Shown here in pieces: positions 27,827 through 36,410 of a DNA stretch of 41,592 nt. The number at the start of each line of letters is the position of its first letter. The stretch's first letter is position 1. Below the pieces are notes generated by a model. That model was not told the DNA's origin. It did no database searches and saw nothing but the letters and a program-made list of their open reading frames with translations. This DNA is from Pseudomonas phage LPPA15, in the sequence record PV112476.1; one strand, written 5' to 3'. The position numbers and the translations under genes are program-made.

Positions 27827-29443
27827 TTAACTTGGCATGATTACTTTAAACTTCGACGCGCTGCGCTTCGAACCCTTCAAGACGCGATAACGAACCATAT
27901 CATAACAATGGTCTTCCGCCGTCGTATCAACATCGTCGATTTTTTCTTTGTCGCGCGGTAATGTGGGCAAAAGTTCTATCGAAGCAACGCAATTTGCCAT
28001 AAAGTATATACCCGGCCCTTCGTTTTTAACAGCGGCTTCTAACCTATCGCGCAACAACTGCAAACCGTTTCGCCGCGAACCGGGCGATTTATCGGATTCA
28101 ATCCAGCGAATGCCCTTCTTCGACATTTTAAGTTCGATTGTTTCAACGTCGGATTCCCGAACGTCGCGAATTTGATTATCTGCCGGGCCGGGCCAAGGTT
28201 GCGTCGAAATCCAGCCGTTCGCCATCATCGAAACTTCGCGGTCGATAATGCCTTGCGCTACGTCTGGCGCTGAAAGCTTCAAACCTTTATTCGTACCGAT
28301 TTCGGTTGCGCCGTACCATTCGAAAATTTGAATAAGCGAACCGGCAGGCGGGCAAAACGAATAAACTTCGTCGCCGATTACTATTTGCGCTTCTTCGCCG
28401 TTGGCTTCGGCAAACCAGCCCACACTAAACGGATGCGACGAACCCCAATCCAACGCCCTATCAATGCGCCAGCTTGCAGGCACAACGAAGCGCGGTACGA
28501 CGTGAATATGCGATTGCCAAAGGTCGTCAAGCGCGCCGCCTGCGGTAACATCCCAATCGCCATAAAGCCAAGCCTTACGCAAGTTCGGGTCTTTGATACT
28601 TTCCAGTTCGGCGACGTATCCGGGCGGAAGATACTTGTTTTCGCGATACGAACCGAATATAGCGACTTGGGTTCGAACGACGGTTTCGTTTTGTTCCGTT
28701 TGCGGGTTATAGATTTCGACGGAAGTACGAACAACAGTACCGCGCGGGGCAACGTTGATAAAACGACGTTTAACCCAATTATGGCCGGGGCCGTTCGGGT
28801 TCGTCGTACTGAATACTTCTAGCGGAATCGGCGGTAACGGAAGACCGTTCGGCGTCAAATATTCGCCTTTGTCGTTCTTCGGCGTATTTAAAATCGGGTC
28901 AAATGACGAACGATTAACCGACATAAACTTGTCGTAAAGTTCCGACGAAGCATGTTTGGTTAATTCGTTCCAACCTAAAAACGGGTATTCGTGGCCGTGG
29001 AACCCTTCGTAGTCCGAAACCTTTTTGACGTGGCGAAACAACAGTTCTTCGCCAGTAGGCCAAACCCATTTATAAGCCGAAGTCGATTCGTAGAACTTCG
29101 CACCGTCGCCGAACTTGCCAAACCATTTTTTCGATTCGGCAACAAGCCCGCCCAAATGGTCAAATTCCAAATCGAAAATAACGCCGCGCCAGAATTGGCC
29201 GTAGCCTTTCCCGACGTGGCGAAGAAAGCGCATAAGTTGGGTAACAGTCTTGCCGGGGCCGCGTGCGCCTTCGTATAACGTATGGTCGCAACGCGAATCA
29301 ATGGCGATTGATTGCGAACCCGGCAAGGGTCGCCAAACGATTTCGGGTTTCGGGGCGTTCGCCAATGCCGCCGACATTCGCGCCGACTTAATGGCGCTTT
29401 CGGCGATTTCGCCCGCGCTTTTAATGTCGGCTTCGGCTAACAT
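27827..29443 (-). CDS. terL: Terminase large subunit
   Basis: 538 aa with Walker A YEGARGPGKT in the N-terminal ATPase and a nuclease-sized C-terminal half. Confidence 0.75.
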   Translation of the reverse strand: MLAEADIKSAGEIAESAIKSARMSAALANAPKPEIVWRPLPGSQSIAIDSRCDHTLYEGARGPGKTVTQLMRFLRHVGKGYGQFWRGVIFDLEFDHLGGLVAESKKWFGKFGDGAKFYESTSAYKWVWPTGEELLFRHVKKVSDYEGFHGHEYPFLGWNELTKHASSELYDKFMSVNRSSFDPILNTPKNDKGEYLTPNGLPLPPIPLEVFSTTNPNGPGHNWVKRRFINVAPRGTVVRTSVEIYNPQTEQNETVVRTQVAIFGSYRENKYLPPGYVAELESIKDPNLRKAWLYGDWDVTAGGALDDLWQSHIHVVPRFVVPASWRIDRALDWGSSHPFSVGWFAEANGEEAQIVIGDEVYSFCPPAGSLIQIFEWYGATEIGTNKGLKLSAPDVAQGIIDREVSMMANGWISTQPWPGPADNQIRDVRESDVETIELKMSKKGIRWIESDKSPGSRRNGLQLLRDRLEAAVKNEGPGIYFMANCVASIELLPTLPRDKEKIDDVDTTAEDHCYDMVRYRVLKGSKRSASKFKVIMPS

Positions 29444-29876
29444 TCAGCAATTCCCGTTGTTGTGCGGCGGCTGCGGCTTCCCATTCTTCGTTCGTTCCAT
29501 GCGTCGGAACTTCGATTGCGCGCGGGATTACGACTTGCACGGCGGGGCCGGTTTGCGGTTTCTTCGCAAGCCCCTTCAATTCCATTAGCTTATCAAGCGC
29601 CTTAATTCTGTCGTCGGGAAAGCGCGCGTTTTCGATGATTTCTTTTAGTTTTTCTTCTACATAACGTTCATCTTCCGAAACGCCAGATTCGGCAATTTCG
29701 GCTTTCTTCAATTCGGCAATCATCGCCTTAACTTCGGCGTCGTTGTGCCACATTGAAGCGATTTGCGCGGCCCGGTTAAAGTTGGCAGGATGCACCAATT
29801 GCCCGGCTTCTAGCGGGTTCATATTCGCCGAAATCATCGCTTGCGCGAATGCGGCTTTTTCTTCGGATTCGGTCAT
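29421..29876 (-). CDS. terS: Terminase small subunit (putative)
   Basis: 151 aa immediately upstream of terL, overlapping it by 23 nt. Confidence 0.45.
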   Translation of the reverse strand: MTESEEKAAFAQAMISANMNPLEAGQLVHPANFNRAAQIASMWHNDAEVKAMIAELKKAEIAESGVSEDERYVEEKLKEIIENARFPDDRIKALDKLMELKGLAKKPQTGPAVQVVIPRAIEVPTHGTNEEWEAAAAAQQRELLNVSRSRH

Positions 29877-29938
29877 AGCGGGAAGCCTTCAAATGTCTTT
29901 GCCCAACTATACCGCAAACGGCGCAAGCTGTCAGCCGC

Positions 29939-30169
29939 TTATTGCTTTTCGCAATTCTTCGACCATGTTTCGTTATGTGCCAAAATTTGCCGCGCGGTTC
30001 CGTCGGTCAATACGTCTTTCTTCGAAATCAAAATGGGTTGAACCCATTTGCAAGCGGTATCAATTACGACCGTTTTTGTTTCGGTCGCTTCTTTAATCCC
30101 GCGCCCATTTGTCGCGCAACTTGTTAGCAGCGTCGCCAGCGTCAAGCCGATTAACATTCGTTTGAACAT
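29939..30169 (-). CDS. o-spanin (outer-membrane lipoprotein, Rz1-like)
   Basis: Signal peptide with lipobox LLTSC. Starts inside the i-spanin gene in another frame and extends past it. Confidence 0.6.
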   Translation of the reverse strand: MFKRMLIGLTLATLLTSCATNGRGIKEATETKTVVIDTACKWVQPILISKKDVLTDGTARQILAHNETWSKNCEKQ

Positions 30170-30407
30170 CGTTTGCCCCTTTAACTGTTTCAACTTCGGT
30201 TTTTGCGGCATCGCGTGCGGCGTCGATTTCGCGAACTGCGATTTCTTCGTTACGTTTCGTTTCCGCTTGTGCGGCTTCTACCTTTGCTTCGGCCTTGCCC
30301 ACACTACGCGAAGACCGAAGGGCGACGAACAGCGCCCCGGCGATAGACAAAGCGGCCAGAATCCAGCCGCCAAAGCGTTTCAGCATTGCAAGAATGATTG
30401 CGGTCAT
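30093..30407 (-). CDS. i-spanin (Rz-like)
   Basis: N-terminal TM helix followed by a charged coiled coil; follows the endolysin gene. Confidence 0.6.
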   Translation of the reverse strand: MTAIILAMLKRFGGWILAALSIAGALFVALRSSRSVGKAEAKVEAAQAETKRNEEIAVREIDAARDAAKTEVETVKGANDVQTNVNRLDAGDAANKLRDKWARD

Positions 30408-30410
30408 GTT

Positions 30411-30842
30411 CTACCCCTGCAACGTTCTTCCGGCCTGAAAATCGGCCAAGGAAAGCCCGCCCGTAAATTGGAAATGCGGGAATTCGCGAAAAGTTCGCCA
30501 ATCGCCCGCCCATTCAAGCCCGCAACTTTTGCCGATTGCGCCGATTCGTTGCCAAAGCTTCAAATCTTCGCCAGTAGTGCCCCAAACCGGCTTACCGTTG
30601 CGAAGCGGTACAACGTCAAAAGCGACGCGCCAGTTATGCCAGCTTTGCCCGGCTTTGGCGTTCGTTACTTTCTTGCCCGGCGCTGTTCGGCCTTGGGCAT
30701 AAAGTGCGTTTTGCGATTCGGCGTCGCGATAGGTAGAAGTTACGATAACTTCGATACCTTCGGCTTTGCAAAGCGCCAGAAAATCGCGGGCTTTTTCTTC
30801 GACGACCGGGTTAAGGTCTTCAAGCTTCCGGCTGTTTATCAT
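30411..30842 (-). CDS. Endolysin, peptidase M15 (VanY / L-Ala-D-Glu peptidase-like)
   Basis: SWHNWRVAFDVV and ...AGDWRTF motifs typical of M15 endolysins. Confidence 0.6.
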   Translation of the reverse strand: MINSRKLEDLNPVVEEKARDFLALCKAEGIEVIVTSTYRDAESQNALYAQGRTAPGKKVTNAKAGQSWHNWRVAFDVVPLRNGKPVWGTTGEDLKLWQRIGAIGKSCGLEWAGDWRTFREFPHFQFTGGLSLADFQAGRTLQG

Positions 30843-31110
30843 TTTCAACCCCTTTCGGTTCAAGCTTCGTTTGTTTGATAGCGCGGGCAATCAACGAAGC
30901 AACGAAGATAACGACGCCAATAAGCGGCATATAACGTTCGGGAATCGCCGCCTTCAAGTCGCCGGGCATCATGGCCCAAGCCGACAAAGCAACGTCGGGA
31001 AACGCGATAAGAACGCCGGTAATCGCCGAACCAACGATGCCAAGGCGAACCGACCAAAAGCGCCAGAAATTGCGCCAATCTTCGATAAGTTCAAGTTTAA
31101 TTTTGTTCAT
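30820..31110 (-). CDS. Second holin / antiholin-like small membrane protein
   Basis: Two predicted TM segments, located between the holin and endolysin genes. Confidence 0.4.
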   Translation of the reverse strand: MNKIKLELIEDWRNFWRFWSVRLGIVGSAITGVLIAFPDVALSAWAMMPGDLKAAIPERYMPLIGVVIFVASLIARAIKQTKLEPKGVENDKQPEA

Positions 31111-31465
31111 TTGTCGATTCCTTCGCGCCAATGATTCGACGATAGACAGTTTCGAAACCCGCAATTGCGCGCGTTCCCATGTGCCCCGAAATTGCGATAA
31201 GAACCGCCGACATTGTTTCGCTAATGCCTGCGGAACGACAGAAATAAAACGTAATCAATCCGGCGAATGTTGAAACAACAAGGTCGAAAATCAATTCTTT
31301 AAGTTGGAACTTCTTTCGACCGCTTCGAAGTGTCGTAATATGATTCACTACGCCGCCCCAAGTTGAAAGAAAAAACGTCGTAAGATACGGCATAAATTGG
31401 CGTAGCCATTCGACAAATAACGCCGTATTGTTCGGGTCTTTTTCGGGCATGTTTGAACGTTCCAT
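31097..31465 (-). CDS. Holin
   Basis: 122 aa with three hydrophobic segments, first gene of the lysis cassette. Confidence 0.5.
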   Translation of the reverse strand: MERSNMPEKDPNNTALFVEWLRQFMPYLTTFFLSTWGGVVNHITTLRSGRKKFQLKELIFDLVVSTFAGLITFYFCRSAGISETMSAVLIAISGHMGTRAIAGFETVYRRIIGAKESTNEQN

Positions 31466-31524
31466 AATTGATTATCGCATTTAAGGCGAATGATACCCGC
31501 ATTTAACACAAAATGGAACAAACA

Positions 31525-31557
31525 GGCAAGAAAAAGCCCGGCGCAATGGCCGGGCTT
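31525..31557 (-). terminator. Rho-independent terminator (9-bp stem AAGCCCGGC/GCCGGGCTT with a U-run on the minus strand)
   Basis: Hairpin at 31534-31557 followed on the minus strand by CUUUUUCUU. Lies about 38 nt after the stop at 31595 and separates the early and late regions. Confidence 0.6.
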
Positions 31558-31594
31558 GTTGTCGAATAGCCCCGCGAAGGGCTACCGGGGCAGG

Positions 31595-32218
31595 TTAGGC
31601 GGTACGCCAAACACGCGCGCCCTTAACGCCGTTTTCTTCGACGCTGCGAACGACGAACTTACGGGTTTCGACCATGACGGGCACGACTTCGCCTTTCTTG
31701 TTGGTCTTGGTCGCGCCGTCTTCGCTGGCAACGGCGTAACGGGCGGTTGCGCTGGAAACGGTCGAAGCAAGCGACTTCGCGGCGTTCGGCTTGTCTTCGC
31801 TGTTGGCAACGAAGAAGGATTGGCCGACTTCCAGTTGGTCGAACGGATACACGTTGCCGCCGCGACCGCGACCGGAAATCGTAGGAACGGGAATGCTGTC
31901 TTCAATCTTGAACATGGTTTTCACCTTTTGAGTTTCGCCGGTTGCGGCGGTTGCGGAAGTTGCTTCGGAAGTTGCATTGTCGGCGACAGTTGCGGCGCTG
32001 TCAAGGCTTTCGATACCTTTTTGCGTTGCGCGGGTCGCGACATTGCCGTTTTCGTCGGTCATGCCCGGATTGATTTCGACCAAGCCAGCTTCGACAAGCG
32101 GGGCATAGACGGATTCGGGAACAAACATGCCGTTCGCGCCAGCGGCGACGATTTCAGCAAGGCCGATAACGGCAACGGTTGCGGCGGTCTTCTTGCCTGC
32201 GGATTTCTTGGTAGCCAT
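31595..32218 (-). CDS. Hypothetical two-domain protein (last early gene)
   Basis: ATG 32218 with a GAAGGAG RBS; promoter at 32285-32312. Confidence 0.4.
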   Translation of the reverse strand: MATKKSAGKKTAATVAVIGLAEIVAAGANGMFVPESVYAPLVEAGLVEINPGMTDENGNVATRATQKGIESLDSAATVADNATSEATSATAATGETQKVKTMFKIEDSIPVPTISGRGRGGNVYPFDQLEVGQSFFVANSEDKPNAAKSLASTVSSATARYAVASEDGATKTNKKGEVVPVMVETRKFVVRSVEENGVKGARVWRTA

Positions 32219-32284
32219 TTTCAAAACTCCTTCGAAGGGTTAAGTTACTGCGGTTAATGTCGCTTTGTTGTTGCGACGGTTTGA

Positions 32285-32312
32285 ATTCTACGCCTTGTTT
32301 TCCGGTTGTCAA
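32285..32312 (-). promoter_or_regulatory. Sigma70-like promoter TTGACA-N16-TAGAAT
   Basis: Plus strand attcta...tgtcaa read directly; drives gene 31595..32218. Confidence 0.5.
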
Positions 32313-32316
32313 GCGG

Positions 32317-32526
32317 TCAAATCGAAGAATTCGTAAATTTTTTCGGCTTGCCGTATTCAGCTTCGCAAACTTTCGCGTAAGTGCCTTCATAGTCCGGCCA
32401 AAGACCGGCCTTCACGTTTTCGCAATATGAAATTTCTTCTTGCTTCGCGTCTTCGTAGTCGAAATGTCCGACAATCCCGAACAGCGCAACAACTGCGGCG
32501 ACGATAAGAACGGTTTTCGCTTTCAT
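32317..32526 (-). CDS. Small secreted or membrane protein
   Basis: 69 aa with an N-terminal signal-like hydrophobic segment. Confidence 0.4.
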   Translation of the reverse strand: MKAKTVLIVAAVVALFGIVGHFDYEDAKQEEISYCENVKAGLWPDYEGTYAKVCEAEYGKPKKFTNSSI

Positions 32527-32558
32527 GTGGGCAAACCCTTTTCGTTGAACATGCGATG

Positions 32559-32587
32559 ATTCTACGGCAACTTCGGTTGCTTGTCAA
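32559..32587 (-). promoter_or_regulatory. Sigma70-like promoter TTGACA-N17-TAGAAT
   Basis: Perfect -35 and a near-consensus -10, 30 nt upstream of ATG 32526. Confidence 0.5.
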
Positions 32588-32915
32588 GCATTACGGCGAC
32601 ATTTTCGACGCCTTCGCGTGCGACCTGTTGCGTTAGAAGAATTGCGTTTTGCAGTTCGATAAAGTTTCGAATTATCGGATTGTTCGGCCCTGTTACGGTT
32701 TCCGAAAGGTCGATAAGGTCTTGAAGTGCGTTGTATTGCGCCGTAAGTTGCTGATACATTGCGCCGCTTGCGCGAAGTACATTGTACCATTCAGGCGCTA
32801 CGCTTCCTTCGGTAAAAACGATTTTAGCCGGTTCGGCTTCTTCGGTATTGACCGACAAAACGTTTCCTTCGTCGTCGCGAATAAGCCAGTATTTCGCCAA
32901 GTCTTGATGATTCAT
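32562..32915 (-). CDS. Hypothetical protein
   Basis: Internal ATG 32915 with a GAAGGGG RBS. Confidence 0.4.
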   Translation of the reverse strand: MNHQDLAKYWLIRDDEGNVLSVNTEEAEPAKIVFTEGSVAPEWYNVLRASGAMYQQLTAQYNALQDLIDLSETVTGPNNPIIRNFIELQNAILLTQQVAREGVENVAVMLDKQPKLP

Positions 32916-32916
32916 T

Positions 32917-33387
32917 TTAAGCCCCTTCAAACATAAACAGGCATTCGACGCCCGCGTTAATAAATACCTGTTCGGCGGCTTCGGCGGAAGCGCGCCAATC
33001 TGGCGATATATGCCCACAATAGGCAACGACGCGGCGAATCCCGGCCTTGGCTATCTTGTCGGCGCATTTGTCGCACGGAAACAACGGCGAAACGTACAGG
33101 GTATAACCTGCGACCGATTCGGCATCGTGCGTTTGCCGCAATGCGTTATCTTCGGCATGGATTACGACGGAATGTTGTTCGTCGCGCGTCATGTGCAAAA
33201 AGGCTTCGTCGTCAAAGCCGCGCGGCGGGCCGTTGTAGCCAAGCGACGCAATCGACTTATCCGGGCGCACGATAACCGCGCCGATACGCTTTCGCGGGCC
33301 TTTCGACCATGCGGCGACGTGTTCGGCCAATTCCAAAAAGCGCGCATCCCATTTCGACAGGCTGGCGCGGTCAGTATAAATTATCAT
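32917..33387 (-). CDS. dCMP / cytidine deaminase family protein
   Basis: Zinc-binding motifs HAEDNAL and PCDKCA. Confidence 0.65.
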   Translation of the reverse strand: MIIYTDRASLSKWDARFLELAEHVAAWSKGPRKRIGAVIVRPDKSIASLGYNGPPRGFDDEAFLHMTRDEQHSVVIHAEDNALRQTHDAESVAGYTLYVSPLFPCDKCADKIAKAGIRRVVAYCGHISPDWRASAEAAEQVFINAGVECLFMFEGA

Positions 33388-33600
33388 ACGACAAGCCTTT
33401 TTCTTTGCGCATACGAATAACCGTTGCGCGTTCGACAAGTTCGCGCATCTTCTTAGCCTGCCGAACTTCGTTATATTTCAGTCTTGCGGCGTTGCAAAGC
33501 GCCGCGATTGCGATAAGCCAACAGATTGTCGAAAGCATGATATTTGCCCCGTTTCGTTTGTTGCCTTAATCTTCGTTCAAGTTCGAAGCTTTGTCAAGTG

Positions 33601-33810
33601 CTACGTTCGAACTTTTCCCGTTGCGTCGCACATATCGCAATCGTGCCAATCGTTCGGGCCGGTTTCGTAGCCTGCGACGCCTTGGCATTTCGGGCAGGTT
33701 TCGACGCAAGGCGGGTCGTTTGCGCGCATCAATGCGGCGATAAAAAGGCCGATGCCTGTTCCGACGGAAAGCCAAATAAACGCGGCAAGCGAAAAGATTT
33801 GTTCAAGCAT
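33601..33810 (-). CDS. Small membrane protein with a Cys-rich Zn-ribbon tail
   Basis: TM helix followed by CVETCPKC...CDMC. TAAGGAG RBS. Confidence 0.4.
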   Translation of the reverse strand: MLEQIFSLAAFIWLSVGTGIGLFIAALMRANDPPCVETCPKCQGVAGYETGPNDWHDCDMCDATGKVRT

Positions 33811-33822
33811 TGCAATAACTCC

Positions 33823-34092
33823 TTAGTAATAGTCGGGTTCGTCGAAGTAATCGTTCTTTGCGTCGTCCATAGCGGCATAAATCGCTTCTTCTATGGCCGT
33901 TTCGTCGCGCTTCGAAAGACGCTTATAAATCCAATCGGCGGATTCTTTCTTGCGAAGCGGGCGACCTGCGATTTCGCAAATCGACCAATCTTCGAAGTAA
34001 TCCGACATTAGCCCTACGTCGGGTTCGGCGCGGCAAGCCGTAAATTCTACGGTAATTTCCAAGCCGCCCATAACTTTAACGGTTGCTTGCAT
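33823..34092 (-). CDS. Hypothetical protein
   Basis: AAAGGAG RBS; promoter at 34126-34154. Confidence 0.4.
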   Translation of the reverse strand: MQATVKVMGGLEITVEFTACRAEPDVGLMSDYFEDWSICEIAGRPLRKKESADWIYKRLSKRDETAIEEAIYAAMDDAKNDYFDEPDYY

Positions 34093-34125
34093 GGCCTGAA
34101 CTCCTTTGTTCGTTTCGATGGTTCA

Positions 34126-34154
34126 ATGATACGAACAAACTTCGATGCTGTCAA
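34126..34154 (-). promoter_or_regulatory. Sigma70-like promoter TTGACA-N17-TATCAT
   Basis: Plus strand atgata...tgtcaa. Confidence 0.5.
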
Positions 34155-34387
34155 GCCTTCTTCGCAACTTTTTTCGGTTCTTCGAAATTCGTTGCTTTCT
34201 TCGTTAGCGATAAGATGCCTTCGACGGTCGAACGCTTGCCGACGAACACGTTTCGCGGCTGGCATTCGCGGTAAAGCAAAAATTCTTTGTTGTCGTATCC
34301 GCCCTTTTCTACGATGAAACAACCGCCTTCCTTGGCAATCATTTTCGCATGGCGAAGCTTCGTTAAATCGGCATATTGTGCGACCAT
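34151..34387 (-). CDS. Hypothetical protein
   Basis: Internal ATG start abutting the VRR-NUC stop. Confidence 0.3.
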   Translation of the reverse strand: MVAQYADLTKLRHAKMIAKEGGCFIVEKGGYDNKEFLLYRECQPRNVFVGKRSTVEGILSLTKKATNFEEPKKVAKKA

Positions 34388-34388
34388 G

Positions 34389-34817
34389 TTACGCCCCTTG
34401 TTCCATATATTGTTCGATGATATGCGCCGCTTCTTCCCATGAATAGCAAACGCACCAGCCGAAGCCCTGCGATTGAACAAACGCGCCGAATTCGGCTTGG
34501 TCGTCGCTTACGCCGCCTTTCGACGTAGCCTTTACCGGCTTTTCGCTTGGCTTCTTCATTTCAATATAAAGGCCCGACCAACCGCCCCGGCGAACGGGCA
34601 AGCATACGTCGGCAACGCCAGTTCGCACGCCCTGCGCCTTCATTTGCGAACCCCGGATAGCGCGCGACTTCGCATCGTCGCCCCGGCTTCCGCCGTTGGG
34701 TATATGGTGCAACCAACGAAGTTCGGGCCAGCGTTTAACCTGCAACGCGGCCCAAGCAAATAACGCCGTTTGGTGCGCCGCTTCGGTTCCTGATTTTGCC
34801 AATGTTTCCGGCGTCAT
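34389..34817 (-). CDS. VRR-NUC domain nuclease (PD-(D/E)XK)
   Basis: GVRTGVADVCLP...GLYIEMKK motif. ATG 34817 with an AAGGGG RBS. Confidence 0.5.
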   Translation of the reverse strand: MTPETLAKSGTEAAHQTALFAWAALQVKRWPELRWLHHIPNGGSRGDDAKSRAIRGSQMKAQGVRTGVADVCLPVRRGGWSGLYIEMKKPSEKPVKATSKGGVSDDQAEFGAFVQSQGFGWCVCYSWEEAAHIIEQYMEQGA

Positions 34818-34827
34818 TTCGAACCCC

Positions 34828-35019
34828 TTACGGTAACTTATGGCGGTCGCGACAGGGCGCGCAAACGCCGCCAACAAGACGCGGCATATCTTCGCCGCAA
34901 AGGTCGCAGATACCCGGAAAGCCCTTCGGTATTGCTGCGGCTTTTCTGCAAATTTCGGCTATGTTCGCCGCTTCTTCGACTTCCATTCGGTCGGCTGTTT
35001 TGTCGGCTTCGTCTGCCAT
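34828..35019 (-). CDS. TraR/DksA-type C4 zinc-finger protein
   Basis: CDLCGE...CAPC spacing in a 63-aa protein. Confidence 0.45.
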   Translation of the reverse strand: MADEADKTADRMEVEEAANIAEICRKAAAIPKGFPGICDLCGEDMPRLVGGVCAPCRDRHKLP

Positions 35020-35028
35020 TGTTCGCCC

Positions 35029-35388
35029 TTAGTGTTTGGTTATGGATTCGTCGGCCATCATATCCGACAAGCTGATAACTTGCAATTTTGCGCCGTTCGT
35101 GATAGCGCCCCGGATTACTTCCCGCAGTTCGGGCGGCATGGCCTGCCAGACTTCAACCGGCAACCCTTCCGGCGCTTCTTCCGCTTCCGGGCTTACGCGC
35201 TGTTCGAACATAACACGCCCGGCCAGCAAGCCCAATTCTTCTTCGGCATTCAACAACGCGCCTTCGGCCTTCAAACGTGCAAGACCGTTCGCGGCGACTA
35301 CGGCAAATTCGGCCAACGATTCGACCATTTCCAAGGCTTCTTCGCTGATACCGGCTTGCTTCATTTTGCAAATAATGCACATTTTCAA
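35029..35388 (-). CDS. Hypothetical protein
   Basis: ORF only. Confidence 0.35.
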   Translation of the reverse strand: MKMCIICKMKQAGISEEALEMVESLAEFAVVAANGLARLKAEGALLNAEEELGLLAGRVMFEQRVSPEAEEAPEGLPVEVWQAMPPELREVIRGAITNGAKLQVISLSDMMADESITKH

Positions 35389-35427
35389 AACTCCTTAAAA
35401 GAAGGCCGGTCGCCCGGCCCGGTTAGT

Positions 35428-35649
35428 TTAACAATCGAATTTATCGACGGTTGCAAATGCGATAATAACGCCTTCTTCGTCGCGAACGGTAACACGATGT
35501 TCGGTTTCTTTCCAATCCAGCGGCGCGAAGCTTACGTTAAAACCTTTTACGGTCTTCGTTTCGCGCTTTTCGTTTGCCCGGCAAGCGTCAAAAATTACGT
35601 CTTCAATTTGGTTTGCTTGGAAGGCTTCGGCGATTTCGACGTTATACAT
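35428..35649 (-). CDS. Hypothetical protein
   Basis: AAGGGG RBS; promoter at 35688-35716. Confidence 0.4.
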   Translation of the reverse strand: MYNVEIAEAFQANQIEDVIFDACRANEKRETKTVKGFNVSFAPLDWKETEHRVTVRDEEGVIIAFATVDKFDC

Positions 35650-35687
35650 TTTGAACCCCTTTCGTTGTTTGCGTTTCGATGATTTGA

Positions 35688-35716
35688 ATTCTACGCATAC
35701 TTCGAAGCTTCGTCAA
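35688..35716 (-). promoter_or_regulatory. Sigma70-like promoter TTGACG-N17-TAGAAT
   Basis: Plus strand attcta...cgtcaa. Confidence 0.5.
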
Positions 35717-35777
35717 TAGCTACGACGAAAAATTTTTGTTCGCCGACGAACGGTTGCAACTTGCCCACATTGGGGCG

Positions 35778-36074
35778 TTACGCAAGCCGCGCGACTTCGA
35801 TACAAGCGAATTCGTTATGCACAAAGACGCGGTATTTCCGATTAAGCCATTTGCTATAAGACGTTGCGGAACTGCGCAAGCTTTGCAGCGTTCCGGGGTT
35901 AGCTTCGGCAAAAGGTACGGCGAAAGATTCGCCAACAAGCAACGAATTAAACGGATATTTGGCGTTCGCTTTGTCTTCCAAACGTTCGCCTTGTTTAACC
36001 TTCGAAGCATCGCACAACGCAAGCGCCTTCGGCGAAGCGTCGATAACTTCGTATTTCTTGGTTTGTTCGGTCAT
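35778..36074 (-). CDS. Hypothetical protein
   Basis: ATG 36074 with a strong GAAGGAG RBS. The track start at 36140 is a TTG inside the promoter -35. Confidence 0.45.
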   Translation of the reverse strand: MTEQTKKYEVIDASPKALALCDASKVKQGERLEDKANAKYPFNSLLVGESFAVPFAEANPGTLQSLRSSATSYSKWLNRKYRVFVHNEFACIEVARLA

Positions 36075-36111
36075 GGCTGGCACTCCTTCAAGGTGTTTAA
36101 TCAATTGATAA

Positions 36112-36140
36112 AGCATACAACGCACTTTATCAAGTGTCAA
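36112..36140 (-). promoter_or_regulatory. Sigma70-like promoter TTGACA-N17-TATGCT with a palindromic operator-like site CACTTTATCAAGTG (36122-36135) in the spacer
   Basis: Read directly. The same ACTTTATCAA core recurs in a second palindrome at 36249-36268. Confidence 0.45.
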
Positions 36141-36410
36141 GTTTTTTATTAAAAGTCGTTGTTATACGGATAGAAGGGGTCGTATAGTGTCTAAGTCATT
36201 GAAATATATAGATGTATAATAAATATAATGAATATAATAGCTAATAATCTTACTTTATCAATAGTAAGCTTTTAATTAAGAGTAGGGGCGGTAGGGGTGG
36301 AATCAGCCTTAAACGTTCAATTTATTATATTTTTGGAAAAAGCTTTGCGAATCAACGACTTAGGCGTTATACGCGGGCCTTATATTTGCCATCGGCTATT
36401 ATACGCGAAG

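Noticed and set aside
33569-33598. Possible promoter TTGACA at 33592-33597 upstream of the deaminase operon
   Set aside because: A perfect -35 is present but no acceptable -10 occurs at a 16-18 nt spacing (GAAGAT / AAGATT). A TATCAT at 33537-33542 lacks a -35. Left uncalled.
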